Part shown: positions 52,308 through 64,000 of the stretch, piece after piece | Layout: each line of letters starts with the position of its first letter | How positions within the stretch are numbered: the stretch's first letter is position 1 | NCBI GenBank assembly: GCA_024704765.1 | Contig: JAKMXF010000337.1 | Span: 166,158-230,157, forward strand | Direction: 5' to 3' | DNA: 64,000 nucleotides | DNA from: Oopsacas minuta | Lineage: Eukaryota; Animalia; Porifera | Program-made: the position numbers and the translations under genes | Notes under the pieces: model-generated | What the model was told of the DNA's origin: nothing | The model's database searches: none | What the model saw: the letters and a program-made list of their open reading frames with translations, nothing else

Positions 52308-53239
52308 GAGGCGATTCCAGGGGGGTTACAGGGGGTCCGGACCCCCCTTTCTGAAGGAATTAAACCAAACCTGGACAAAATATCGAATCACTGCCTTAAG
52401 GTATGATATTGAGGATGAGTACAACAGCTGGTATGAAGAAGTTATCCACTTTGCCTCGAAGGTTGGTGTTAATATCACATCTCCTAGAGGACCTGGACCT
52501 AGATCTTCTCTACAAATATACAGAGCCAATGCTCCAAGTACATGTCCAAAGGAGTATTACCTGCGAAATCTGGCAATGCCGTTTGCTGACTATTTATTAG
52601 CTGAATTTAACAGTCGATTCAATACTGAAGACAGGAAAGGCATAGAGATCCTTGCATTACTCCCCGGTGCCATCACATTAGGTGTTGTTGACTTAGAGTC
52701 AGTTTTAATTGGACTAATGTTTTGGGGACCAGACCTGCCGTTTAGTTCTTTACTTAGATCTGAAATGAAGGAATGGCAGCGCTACTGGAGTTCCAAGGAG
52801 CCCAATCAATTATCAGTAAACTTGTCCGAGTGTCTAAGTCATGCAGATGAAGATATTTTTCCCAACATTCTAACCCTACTAAAATTGGATGCACCCTTCT
52901 AATTGGAAGTTGTGAGTCAGAGCGCTCATTCTCATGTCTTCGCAGAGTAAAAAGCTACCTTCGTAGCACGATGGGACAAGAGCGACTCTCTGGGCTAGTG
53001 CTGATGATTATGCATCATAGTATGAATATAAACTTAGACCATATTTGCTTGAAATTCATAGAAAAAACAAAGGAAAAAGTTTCCGGTTATGTGTTATTTG
53101 ACTAGATACGATTAAAAACTCACATTTATAATATGCAAGTATATTCATAGCAAATATTATAAATCTTTTATCCTCAGAAATTGCGTCTGGAACTTTGTAA
53201 AATAGACCCCCCCTTTTTTTCAAATCCTGGGACCGCCTA
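52308..53239 (+). mobile_element. Internally deleted hAT element (P58IPK/ZMYM1-like C-terminal half)
   Basis: ORF 52276-52902 (EYYLRNLAMPFADYLLAEFNSRF, DIFPNI) then SERSFSCLRRVKSYLRSTMGQERLSGL. Inverted ends AGGCGATTCCAGG / CCTGGGACCGCCT. TSD not found. Confidence 0.7.
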
Positions 53240-53808
53240 TACCTTGTCAAACCCATAGCATGCTAGAGGCCAGTTTCAACATGTTATCAGGAATATTTGG
53301 GCGCGTAGAGTCCGATTTTGAGGATTCACCACCTGAAAATTTCACCGATTTATCATTGAGTTATTACATCAGATGAGTATGAGCAAATATCCCCAAAAGA
53401 TGCCAGCGATATCGTTTCAACTGTACTCGATGGATGTGAATTCCAATATTGAATTATTAAATATACTAGCGCGCTTCGCTTGCTAGGTCACGGCGCGACA
53501 TCTTGGACCTCGCGTTTAGCTTAAGTATACATTTGCAAAAGTCCCCAAGTGCTATTGATCGATTAGCAACCGAGAATACTAGACGTCTCAGGCCTAGAGT
53601 ACATAAATAGCGGAAATTTTAGATTTTATCTCGAAAATGACATTTAATGGCATTATGTGGGAAAGTGGAGCTCCTGCTGTATTGGTAATTGATATGGGGA
53701 CTGGTAAACCGGAGTGTAATATAATTTTAGAAATTTGGAGAAATTAATTATATATTGGTGGTATACTAATTCAATAAAATGTAATGCGGGAAGAAATCAT
53801 CACGTCAG

Positions 53809-56800
53809 CACAGTGGCTTCACTAGTGGAAATGGACAAAAATTCATTTTCTGGAATTCAATTCAAAGTTTTACCAACTCAACCAGCATAGTCAAAAACCT
53901 ATGAAATTACATCTCGAAGCTAAATTCCTTCTCAGGACTTTAGTTAAGGTACAAGGGTATAAAATAATTCTAGGAAATGTTTGTAGTTTCATAGAATGCA
54001 ATATACTTTTCAAAAGCCTAATTCTAACACTATTAGCGAAAGGAGAATTTCATGCTCTTTCAATAATCTTCCAAATTTTCATGTAAGAATATGGGGTTGA
54101 ACGTTTTGGGCCTTATAAAAAAGTTTCGAAATCTCTTAGTGTGCACTATGTTGACAAATGATTTGAAAATAGTTTACATTCCGCCATGGCCGGTCACATC
54201 CAATCTGAGGCCCCCGTTCCCTAAGATAAAAACATGAGATGTCAACAGTCATTTGATATAACAATAAAATCATGGTACTACTTATATTTCCTAGAAGAGG
54301 ACCTTCCTACATTTAGCTCTGGCAAACTCTTCAAATATGTGGGGAAAAGTTAAGTTCATTACAAAGCTCGTACTCTATCGAAACTTCTGCCAGTCCATTC
54401 AAGTGATCCTGGTACATTGTTGATGGCAGGAAGTTTTTAATCAATTTCAAACGAGAGAAGCTTCTCTCCCCTATCGCCACTGTGACTGGTACAGTTAGAA
54501 GTATCCTCAGAGCAATGCTGAGGCTAGGGAAGAGATCCACCAAATTTTCCGGTATATGTAATCCAGCATGTCTAAGAGCCAATTAGACATTTCAATTGAG
54601 AAGCTTGTTTTAGCTAAGCTGACCTATAGATACAGATCATCAGGATCGATGTCACCCATCTCCTGAGAAAACGGTAGACATATTTAGCGCAATGGACTGT
54701 TTTGAATGCTTACCTCATCTCTTTACTACTAAAAGAAAGTCAAACAAAATGTAAAAAGAAAACAGCTGTAAATTCTCCCTGTAAGAGTAGTTAGGGTTGC
54801 TTCAATTAGTGGGAGAAAGAACTCTCGTTTGAATGTCTCTTCAGGTGACAAAGTCGGGTTATCGTCTGGAATTTCATAGTCAAACATAACTTTTTCCTTT
54901 CTACGTCTCTGCACAGGGAATGTCAATTCAACCCCAACCTGTTGTAAGATTTCTCGTGCGGATATGCTAATGTTGAACTAAAAACAATAGCAACCTACAT
55001 CCTATAGCTATATGCTCATGAAGCTAGGAACCATGATCATGTAAATTCATGTAAGCAATAGATTGAAATGGGACATTCGGAATTATTGTTAGACTATTAC
55101 CATTGGACAAGTCAATATTTTTGCTAGATTTCTTGCAAGTCGGGAAAGCCAAAGTAGACTAAAATGTAAGGGGCTATGTAAGTCAGAAAACATTATCTTC
55201 CATCTCTACGATAAAATCTCTGAATATCGTGAAAGTAATATACTCCCGCTCTCATCAAATATTCCACGAAATTAAGTGATAGAAGAATTGGCATGGGAAT
55301 TTCCTATAGCGCCATCTTAACGCAGACAGTATTATAGTTGTTTGAAATTCTTCTTCAAAATTTGGTTCTCAATATCTATTGAGGTTGAAGATATCAGATG
55401 GTTTAGATGGCTCAGGATGTCATAAAATTTATAACAATTTGATCGCATACCAACTACAAGGCCAAAACTTTCTTTCTCTTTGGGTTAAAAGTTTGGCCCT
55501 CCTTCACTCATCTTCGACTACAATTTGGTCAAATGAGCTACAGAATTCACCTTTACGTGTACGGCCATTTGTATTAAAGGCTAAAAAAGAAAATCCAGAG
55601 AATGTGAAATTCCTAATAGAAAGCCTGATCATCTCTGAAGTGGATTCAATTGTACTGGAATTTATCATACTTCAAGGGGTTTATTAAAAGTGACATTTCT
55701 TCGTACCACGATAGATGGTAAGATGTCAGGTATATTAAGTGGAGCCGGTGGCGCCCATTGCCAACTTTGTACAGCTAACAAATGTGAATTGAAAGATTTA
55801 GCAATACTAAGATCCAGATTTTCCATTTAATAGGAGTATTTCTTGTGAGAAAGAAATCTTTTCCATAGTTGATGAAGAAGAATATCTTTCACTTCCTTCG
55901 GTACAATGTCATGGATTGACCCATCCACCACTGTCAAGTATTGATATTATTCCAGCATCTCCTCTACATACATATGCCTGTGTCTTCCATTGGTACATGC
56001 TATCAATATGCCATATTGGTTCAAGAACATATAAATGGATACCTAGTAATAAAGTAATAGTAGATTCAATGAAGTTTACTAAAGAATTATCAAATATGAA
56101 GACTGGCTTAAATATAGATCAGCCAAGCAGTGATGGAGGGACTTATTCAACTGGAAATGTAGCAAGATTGTGTTTTCTCAATAAGAAAACTTCATTTATA
56201 TGGTTAATACTATGATTTCGCAAGAATTAAGGGAATCAATACCTACGTTGCAAACCAGCCTCTCTGTACTAGTACGTGTATTCAAATCTGATCATGCAAT
56301 CGATACGGACAAATTAGACACACTTTGTAAAGAGACATATGAATAAATACTTATTGCTTTTCCATGGGCAAGTGCAACAACTTCTCTTCATAGGCTCATA
56401 GCTCATTCTTCTTAAATAATACGAGATTATAAGAACGGTTCCGATTAAAAGACTTTTCAGAGGAAGCAGTTGAAGCTTGCAATAAATTGATAAGGAAGCT
56501 TAGTGAGCATCTATCTAGAAAGTTTATTTGCACTTCAAACGCAAGAGATATATTTGTATGTTTTCTGAACCAAAGTGACCTTGTCCTACCAAATTACTGC
56601 AACTAAATGCACTACAAAATCTGTGGAGAATTTGGATATACTTGTCGCTGGAGAACTAGTCATCTGCAGCTTGTACCCCAAGAACAAGTTGCTATGTTCA
56701 ACTGATTAAATATTGATAATTGACTCTTCTAATATATATTTTCACTTAGTATGAGCAAAAATATGAAAGAAATAGTACATTGTCTACAGATCATGTGGAA

Positions 56801-57038
56801 AATATTATTAAACTTCGTGCGTCACTAAAAATAATATTATTGAACCACAATTTCAATCATTGTATCCAAATTTAAAATATTAAAATAGATTTAATCTAGC
56901 TAACTACTAATCTACTTCAATTTTAATAGTTGCATCCAACTCGTAACTACCGATTTGCTAGGCATCAATAATACATTCCATATAGCTAAGTAGTAAGTTA
57001 ATACCTATTAATTTTAACCCCTAATTAAAGTCACTGTG
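53809..57038 (+). mobile_element. RAG1-like/Transib transposon with both ends and 5-bp TSD (copy E)
   Basis: GTCAG|CACAGTG-14-AATGG-ACAAAAATT ... CTATT-22-CACTGTG|GTCAG. Interior about 54975-56700 encodes decayed LPLDKSIFLLDFLQVG, ISDGLDGSG, TTIDGKMSGILSGAGGAHCQLC, PASPLH, GGTYSTGNVAR, LHRLIAH, SEEAVEACNK. Confidence 0.92.
54185..54970 (-). pseudogene. hAT transposase 3' remnant nested in RAG1-like copy E
   Basis: ORFs 54729-54926 (RRRKEKVMFDYE...FKREFF) and 54331-54582 (LRILLTVPVTVAIGERSFSRLKLIKN). It occupies the position of the missing N-terminal codons of copy E. Confidence 0.75.
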
Positions 57039-59699
57039 GTCAGGATATTGGGCATATTGCCAGCGATAAAAAATTCAATCATCTAGCATATACATCAGCC
57101 GAGCCGTGGCAAATAATGTCATTTTTCGAAAACATAAAGGTGATAATTACGCCATAATTTCCTCATATGTGTGAGTTTTGTTCCAAGACTCGAAAATGTC
57201 CGAGCCATGGTAAAAATTAGCCCTGGGGTCATACAAACATATATATAATTATATATCTATATATACACAAATTAAGATAAATCGCGTGTAAATAGCATAG
57301 ATTTCAACATTTCTACAGGATTAATCACATGATCAAGTATTTTTCACACCCGTGCCAGATTAAAGTTGCGGGGAGCGGCGGGTCCCTTAACTCAACAAAA
57401 TGATATGTTATATGAACATTTCTTCAAGGCAAATTTACAAGTCCAAAAGAAGAAATTTTTCCATTTATCCCCCTAACCCTGGACACCATCTGGGCAGAAT
57501 CACTAATCACAATTATGCTACACCACTGTGTATTAATGGAACTTATTCCACCTAATTTCAAATACTTTTAAACAATTCCCGCACTCAAATCGAGATTTCA
57601 GCAACTTATGGACATTATTAAGTCACACACTTTCTCAGCCGTATTCGGTTAAGTATTTTCTCACTGGTAACCCTTCAGAAATAACCACAGTAATGCGGGT
57701 AATAGGAGGGATGGTTGCGCCCGACAGGCCCGCGTTGAACTATAGATACCTGGCTTATCTTCAGGGTTACCGTGGGAACAGAATTTAATTCCCATTGGTG
57801 TGAAGGAAGTGTAGAACAAGGAAATAAAAATCAGAAAGAGAGGGGGCCCACTCATACGTTTCTTTTCAGCCTTTTGCGATATGGTTTATCCGGCAATGTA
57901 ACACATTTGGGCAAATACAGGAGAGTGAGGCTAATAGCAATTCGCCTAGTAGATATCAATTTCGAAGTCCCAAGTGAGTGCATAGGCATTCACATACAGT
58001 TGGGTTGAAAACAAGTGTACTAGTAATTCGTTTAACGGCAATATAAGCCAAATAATAGGTATTTCTATTCCCAGTGATTTATTGTTCGACGATTAACAAG
58101 CAAATCTTGCAAATACTGGAAGAGAGGCTTGTAACTTGTGACTTGGAAGCTTAAACACGCTGTTCTCATATCTACCGTGTATTTTTCTCGCATCTCTGCA
58201 GAGTTTTGAAGTCTACTCTTTCTAGTTATAAACTATGTATCTGTTGACCATTTAATGCGAATAAAATGTAAAAATACTGACTTATGACTGCAAATAAGCT
58301 TGTCAGTAAAACATTTCTAAATCAAAACTCCTATATCTGAACTGTGGTAAATAATCTCAACGGTTCACAAAACTTCACACTATCTTGGTTCATTAACTCC
58401 TAACAAAGCTCAAGTGCAAGCTCAAATTTTCAAACTGTAAAGAACCCGAAAACAACCTTTTGACCATTAAATTAATACTACATACGTAGATTCCCTCATT
58501 AAAAGCGTAGGTACATAAGTTCAATGCAAATAGTACCGAACAAAAGCAAATTCGCAGCCAAAAATTCAATATATAATTAGAAAACACTTAAGCTCTAATG
58601 GCTATCTCATAGGTATATTATTATCAATCATTGCCACCTTATTCAACTTGTTTCCAGGGAATTGAATAAAGTGGTAAATAGTTACAGAATTACGATGATA
58701 AATTCAACCAATTTGATATATCAAATTGAGTTGTAAAATTCTTCGATAGGAAATTCAGATGTGTAGAATACGATTAAATATTAAAAAGGCAATATCTCAT
58801 AAATTGTGAATCAGTACAAGAGATAATTAGATATAGTATAATACGAATTTGAATGAGATTCTTTGGGTGTACGCTTACGCAGTGGAGGGAAGTGTACTTT
58901 CCAATTTTTATGATCATCGTGATACTATCATAATATAAGTAAGACCTAATATGGTGACCAATAGTAACTGCAGTAAAAAGATAAACCCATTAGGTAAAAT
59001 AGATTGTTGACATTCAAGGCCGTGCCAGTAATGCAATCTGACCAAGTCAAATCGGTGCAGAATTTTCCAGACCAGGTTTTGACCTGGTCGCAGCCTGGGC
59101 ACTGAAAGTAGCGGCTACATTTGGAATCTCGATAGTTAGTAACTATACCCACGGTATATATTTGCATGTAAATAAATCAATAAGAATATACTTAGATCCA
59201 TATTGTTTGGTTGTTCTATTAAATAACCATGTGGTTTTGAATTAATTATCAGATCATTTTTTAAAATTGCAGTCCATTAATAATGGAAAAATATTTACTC
59301 AGTGCGTATATCTTAATGGGTCAGAGAATAGTCACAACTAGATCAGGCAAGTGCCTGGCCACTTTTTGGATCGCCCTGTACATTTTACAGGACTGCTTTG
59401 AACAATTAGCACTTTTTGCCTGAACACAATATATTTGCTGCTACCGGGCCTGCAACTTTTTGGGAGCCCTGATGTTTACTCTAGGTTTGACCTGGTCAGG
59501 ATAATAGGACTCCCAAGGTCCTGGAATTAGGATAACACAAAGGAAAGTACGCATAACAGCAAAGTTATATTAGCAAGAAAAGTTGGGTAAAACCAGATGT
59601 ACTATAAGACCAATACCATTACATTCCAAAAATTTGCAAGAAATTTCGCGGCAACTATTAGTAGGTCAGGGGTATGCACAGTTTTTTTAGGTTTTCCAT

Positions 59700-61190
59700 C
59701 TTATTCGTTCCTCTAATAAGTTGGACAATAAATATCGAATTGTTCAATCACTAGTCATAAAATGCCATTTTAAAACCTAAATCATGCATGTCTGGTGGGA
59801 AAGAGCTCCACGAAATTCACTGAAACAAATTTTTCCAAAAGGATATATGGTCTTGGTTGAATTACACACGACGGATATGAAGTAAGACACAAAAGTGAGG
59901 ATTCGTACAAGTTTTAGAGAATATAATGAGCTAGCAACATACATACGAAATTTAATGGTAATTCCCTATCCTCAGGAAGTGACATTCTGTCAACCTTCAT
60001 ACTTCTTGAATGTCAAACAAATCTTCCAGATCCTGAAGAGGCCAAATTAGTAAGATTACAAAAGTTCTATAAAAGGAGATGATTACAGCAAATAAGTCCT
60101 GAAGAATAATCCATCTTTGATGCTCAACTTTCAACCAACAATGGTGCAGAATGTTACTACTCAAAGGTTAAAGGGAGAGTTAAGTGCGGCCATCCAAGAA
60201 TTAGGAACATTCTGACAATCAATATGATTAAATCACAATGATCGTTTGTCTGTTTGTTTGTTTGTCAGTTGTCAAGGAATGGATTTAAGGTATGCAATTT
60301 TGAAATTGTAGCAGAACTATGTATTTATCATGTTTATCAAGGTAGCAATAAGAATTCAATAATACTTCACCAAATATAACGAACATGCGGAATCCGATTT
60401 TCACACTTTTGGATTAATCATATGTAAATTAATTGTTGTTTTTATGAATAAAAGTAAACAAATTTCAAAATTGAGGTAGAATCATACTTTCAACAACTAT
60501 ACTGGGGTAATCAAATATACTGAGTCCGAATATGGTATTGTAAACAACATATTGTGAATATTTGTTTACTTTTAGGTACATAAAGTAAACAAATTTCAAA
60601 ATTATTGTAGAAACATGCTTTCACAGACTATACTGGGGTAATCGAGTATGCTGAGTCTGAATATTGTAAACAATATCAATATCATCAAATCTCAATTGTT
60701 TTTGTTTGTTTGTCCTTTGAATTCCTCGAGGCGCAATGTGCCGAGCCAAAGGCTCGTGTTAAATGAAATAATCATGGATACAGACAATGAAATTGGGAGG
60801 TTATGGTTTGGTGAACAAATTAGGAGGACCAGAAAAAGGAAAACATTCACAGTGCTGAACGTCGTTTGGGAAGTTTACTAAAATTGAAGACAGGAAGTTA
60901 TAATACATGGGATTATCTCGATGCTATCAGTCATACCATTGGGAATCATATCATTGTTGAGGATATGGATGATGTTGAAGAGTCTGATGAATCTGGAGAA
61001 GAAGAAAATATGGTAACAATACTTCAGAATAAGCCTGTAGTTTGAATTAATCTCCGGACAACTACCCGGATATTTTTCCTTGCAGATATGCAAATTGTTA
61101 CACCGAATCCACTAAGATAGTTGATGAATTAGAACATCCCTGTCCAGTCTGCCATGCCCTTATCGAGGAAGCTATCAAGTATACACCAAT
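59700..61190 (+). pseudogene. Second MULE transposase remnant with C-terminal RING, interrupted at about 60240-60740
   Basis: WERAPRNSLKQIFP, STNNGAECYYS...GHPRI, DTDNEIGRL, WDYLDAISHTIG and FPC...CPVCH. Collinear with 21717-23290. Confidence 0.6.
60451..60680. repeat. Diverged tandem duplication, about 130-bp period
   Basis: AAAGTAAACAAATTTCAAAATT at 60451 and 60581, each followed by ACTATACTGGGGTAATC and TATTGTAAACAA. Confidence 0.75.
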
Positions 61191-63327
61191 TAGCAAGTTT
61201 CATTTTGATAATCTTTGAATTTCCAGTACTGTAGTTGTGAATCACTCCATCTTATATAATCAATCTAGTTTTAAGAATATATTTTTATGTGTAAGAACAG
61301 TAATTTTGACGATTAATTAAACACGCATTCATTCTACTTGTCTAATAAACATTGATAAAACAGTTAACAATATCTCTCCAACAGTTTCGAGAATTATAAT
61401 TAATCTAAAATATAGTCGTACAACTGACCACTTGCATAAAATAGAGTCGAACCTTTGACATCCATTCAATTTAGGTGTTTGAGCCACTTTTCTATAAGTA
61501 ATTTTTTGTTAGTGCGTATATAGTAACAACTTGGATGTTACAAACTGACGAAACAGGTATTTCCTACGTTATTTTCAAGCAAATGTAGTAAAAATAAACG
61601 ATGGCAACATGGCCGTAAATCTCGGGGAGTGTTGCATATATATTACGCCATTTGAGATCAGAATAAACAATAAATAGTATAATCAGAATACTTTAAAGGA
61701 ATTATTTGGCATAAATATGCGGATAGATTTCAATAATAGGAGCATTGTAACGGATATAACTAAAATAGACTATATGACGTGCAGATAGCATAGTATATTA
61801 ATTGAATACATGTAATTTGGCATAAAATGTTTGCGGCACTATTTATAATGGAATAACAGGTCAAGATTGGGATTAAATTAAATATTATATTATGCCACGA
61901 AAAAATAGTTCGGAGACCGAAAATTGGACTTGCAGCTAGATTTCTTATAGAAGTTGTGACAATTCATCAAATAACTATATGAACTGCTTCAAAAACATGT
62001 AGAGGCGCTGATATAGCATGAGGGGCTAGCTTTCTACGCTAATCTATGGAAAATCTGTCTAGACAATTCTAAAAGCTAGTTACGAGACATTAAAGTATGG
62101 AAAATTATTTCTAGATAGGTCACGAACTTTACTCCGAACAATTTTAGCCGACCAAAATTGGTCCTGGACCATTTTTTGCCTCGGACCAATTTTAGCGTGA
62201 CAGGCATGACAGGTTATACTTACACTATTGCGTGTATGAGTCATAATCATTCGGATACACTGGAAGAGCTAAATATTGAATATTTACAAAGCGGATATGC
62301 AAAGAGATTTTAAATATGCAAGTAATGTATCGAAATTGAATTTTATGGCTGTATCAGCCAAATATACCAATAGGAATTTACTAAATCTTGAATTCACCTA
62401 TATTCGTACTTATAGTAGAGTGCATCATCCCCCATTTTTTCGAACGGAATACGCCACTGTGTGGAAATATATGTAAATCCCAATATATTTACAATCTGAG
62501 AAATAGACAGTTAGAACAACTGGGATGTATGAGAAAGAAGTTTCGAATGTATGTTATTATTGTAATCTTCCTTTTGGATTGAGGATCATTGAGCAAAATT
62601 AATAAAAGTGAAGAACTATAAATTGAGTTGAGAGTTGAGTTAGTAACTACTTGTGCTAGTTAATCAGTCTTAATTTATAATATAGCACTATTACATGTAA
62701 ATATTTGAAGGATGGCGATATTTTCAGCATATTATCGACCCTATCCGACCTAAGTTTATAAAATGGAGCGACGATCCTCTTCCTTATCTCAAAAAGGATC
62801 TAGATCCGAATCGTACGATCTTTGATCTAAAGTTCCTAATGCCCTAATTAGAAACCTACCAATCGTATCATCAAGGGTAGATGCCTGACGCGCAAAATCC
62901 CTTGTACAGGATGGAGGGAAAAATTTGCCCTTGGGTAGCGAAAATCTCGGAAATTATGTAAGAAAGGGACCTCTAGTTTAAGCAATATATTGTACTATAA
63001 TATAGTGAGTATCAATACAATTAATGAAATTAATAATTTTCACAAAAATCAGCAGATTATTCTCGAGTTACCTCTTAATAGCAGGGGGTTTTTAGCAATT
63101 TTTCAGGGCTGGCAGACAAAATCCATAATATTTCATTAAGTTTTACTGATAGAGTTCGACAATTTTGCCAGAGGTTGGACGGATATAAAGCTCATCAAAA
63201 ATACAATAATCGGTGATGAGTATTAAGCGACATACGGGGTTGGCTGACGAGCTCTTATAACTGGCATAGGTACCCTCTAAGTATATTTTTAGACAAATAT
63301 AAAATATTGCCATAATAACGCTATCTA

Positions 63328-64000
63328 CAGGGTGGCCAATAAGTTCTGGCACATAACTTTATATCCTACCAAAATCTTTCATGATTTAGATTGATTGACG
63401 TTACTGGTTTGTATTTATTCTGTTATCTCTCGCGATACAATATTCATTGAAAAATACACTATTTGAAAACAGGAACAAATTATCAGCTATGGAGAAAGAA
63501 CGGTCGGCGATTGTTGAATTATTTCAAGAAAGGAAAAAACAAAAAGAAACAATGAAACTTATAAAAATTCCACAGACACGTCGGAATTTCGTAATCCGTA
63601 CGATAAAACGCTTCAATGAGACTGGTGGCGTGATGGACAGAGCTAGAACTGGTCGCCCGGTCTCCATCACGACCGTAAAGATGCGAAAGGTAGTGCGGAG
63701 TCGAGTGTGGCGAAATCCTCAGCGATCGATCAGAAAAATGGCTAAAGAACTGAAAATATCCCGTGGATCTCTTCAAACGATTGTCAAGAGAGACTTAGGG
63801 CTATCTTCGTTTAAGAAAAGGAAAGTCCATTTCCTTTCAAACAAAATAAAGACCAAGATGTTCTCAAGAAGCAAAGTCCTCCACACACGATTCGCAGCCC
63901 AGGGACTGGATCAAGTCCTTTTCTCCGATGAAAAACTTTTCACCGTTGAACAAGCATTCAATCGTCAAAACGATAGAATATTATCTAAAAGCACTTCTAC
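63328..64000 (+). mobile_element. maT-type Tc1/mariner element, left part
   Basis: TA|CAGGGTGGCCAATAAGTTC terminus followed by the transposase ORF. Confidence 0.75.
63489..64000 (+). CDS. maT-type transposase, open ORF running off the window
   Basis: MEKERSAIVELFQ...RFNETGGVMDRARTGRP...RNPQRSIRKMAKEL...VLFSDEKLFTVEQAFNRQNDR with no stop in 170 codons. Not in the ORF track. Confidence 0.8.
   Translation, partial: MEKERSAIVELFQERKKQKETMKLIKIPQTRRNFVIRTIKRFNETGGVMDRARTGRPVSITTVKMRKVVRSRVWRNPQRSIRKMAKELKISRGSLQTIVKRDLGLSSFKKRKVHFLSNKIKTKMFSRSKVLHTRFAAQGLDQVLFSDEKLFTVEQAFNRQNDRILSKSTS

Noticed and set aside
56700-57031. RAG2-like gene within or next to the RAG1-like elements
   Set aside because: Only about 330 AT-rich bp with no ORF. 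I saw no kelch-repeat or PHD-like ORF anywhere in the window.
57524-57530. CACTGTG as an additional element end
   Set aside because: No CTATT-like motif at 14 or 22-23 nt and no matching TSD.
58946-59167. Cys-rich ORF as a receptor exon
   Set aside because: It overlaps GACCAGG...CCTGGTC hairpin motifs typical of TE ends, which recur near 59485. No clear splice context or known family.

Overview
AT-rich eukaryotic (animal-like) DNA made almost entirely of stacked, mostly decayed DNA transposons: Transib/RAG1-like, Tc1/mariner (mariner, rosa, maT, pogo/Tigger), hAT, MULE, Sola2-like, Chapaev3 and foldback elements. One host gene is recognisable: a divergent TRAPPC13 on the minus strand, with two exons that join in frame across a 13,600-nt transposon-filled intron. 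The main result is a family of five RAG1-like/Transib transposon copies. One copy (53809-57038) has both ends, perfect CACAGTG heptamer termini and an exact 5-bp target-site duplication (GTCAG). Six recovered ends follow an asymmetric pattern: heptamer + 14 nt + RATRG at 5' ends, and heptamer + 22-23 nt + AATAG at 3' ends. The transposase has nonamer-binding-domain-like helices and a C-terminal CxxCGxxGH motif, and I found no RAG2-like gene. One copy (1-858, minus, missing from the ORF track) is an uninterrupted 286-codon ORF running off the window. No rRNA, tRNA, CRISPR array or clear retroelement was recognised. All family calls come from motif recognition by eye, not database searches, and novelty is unverified.
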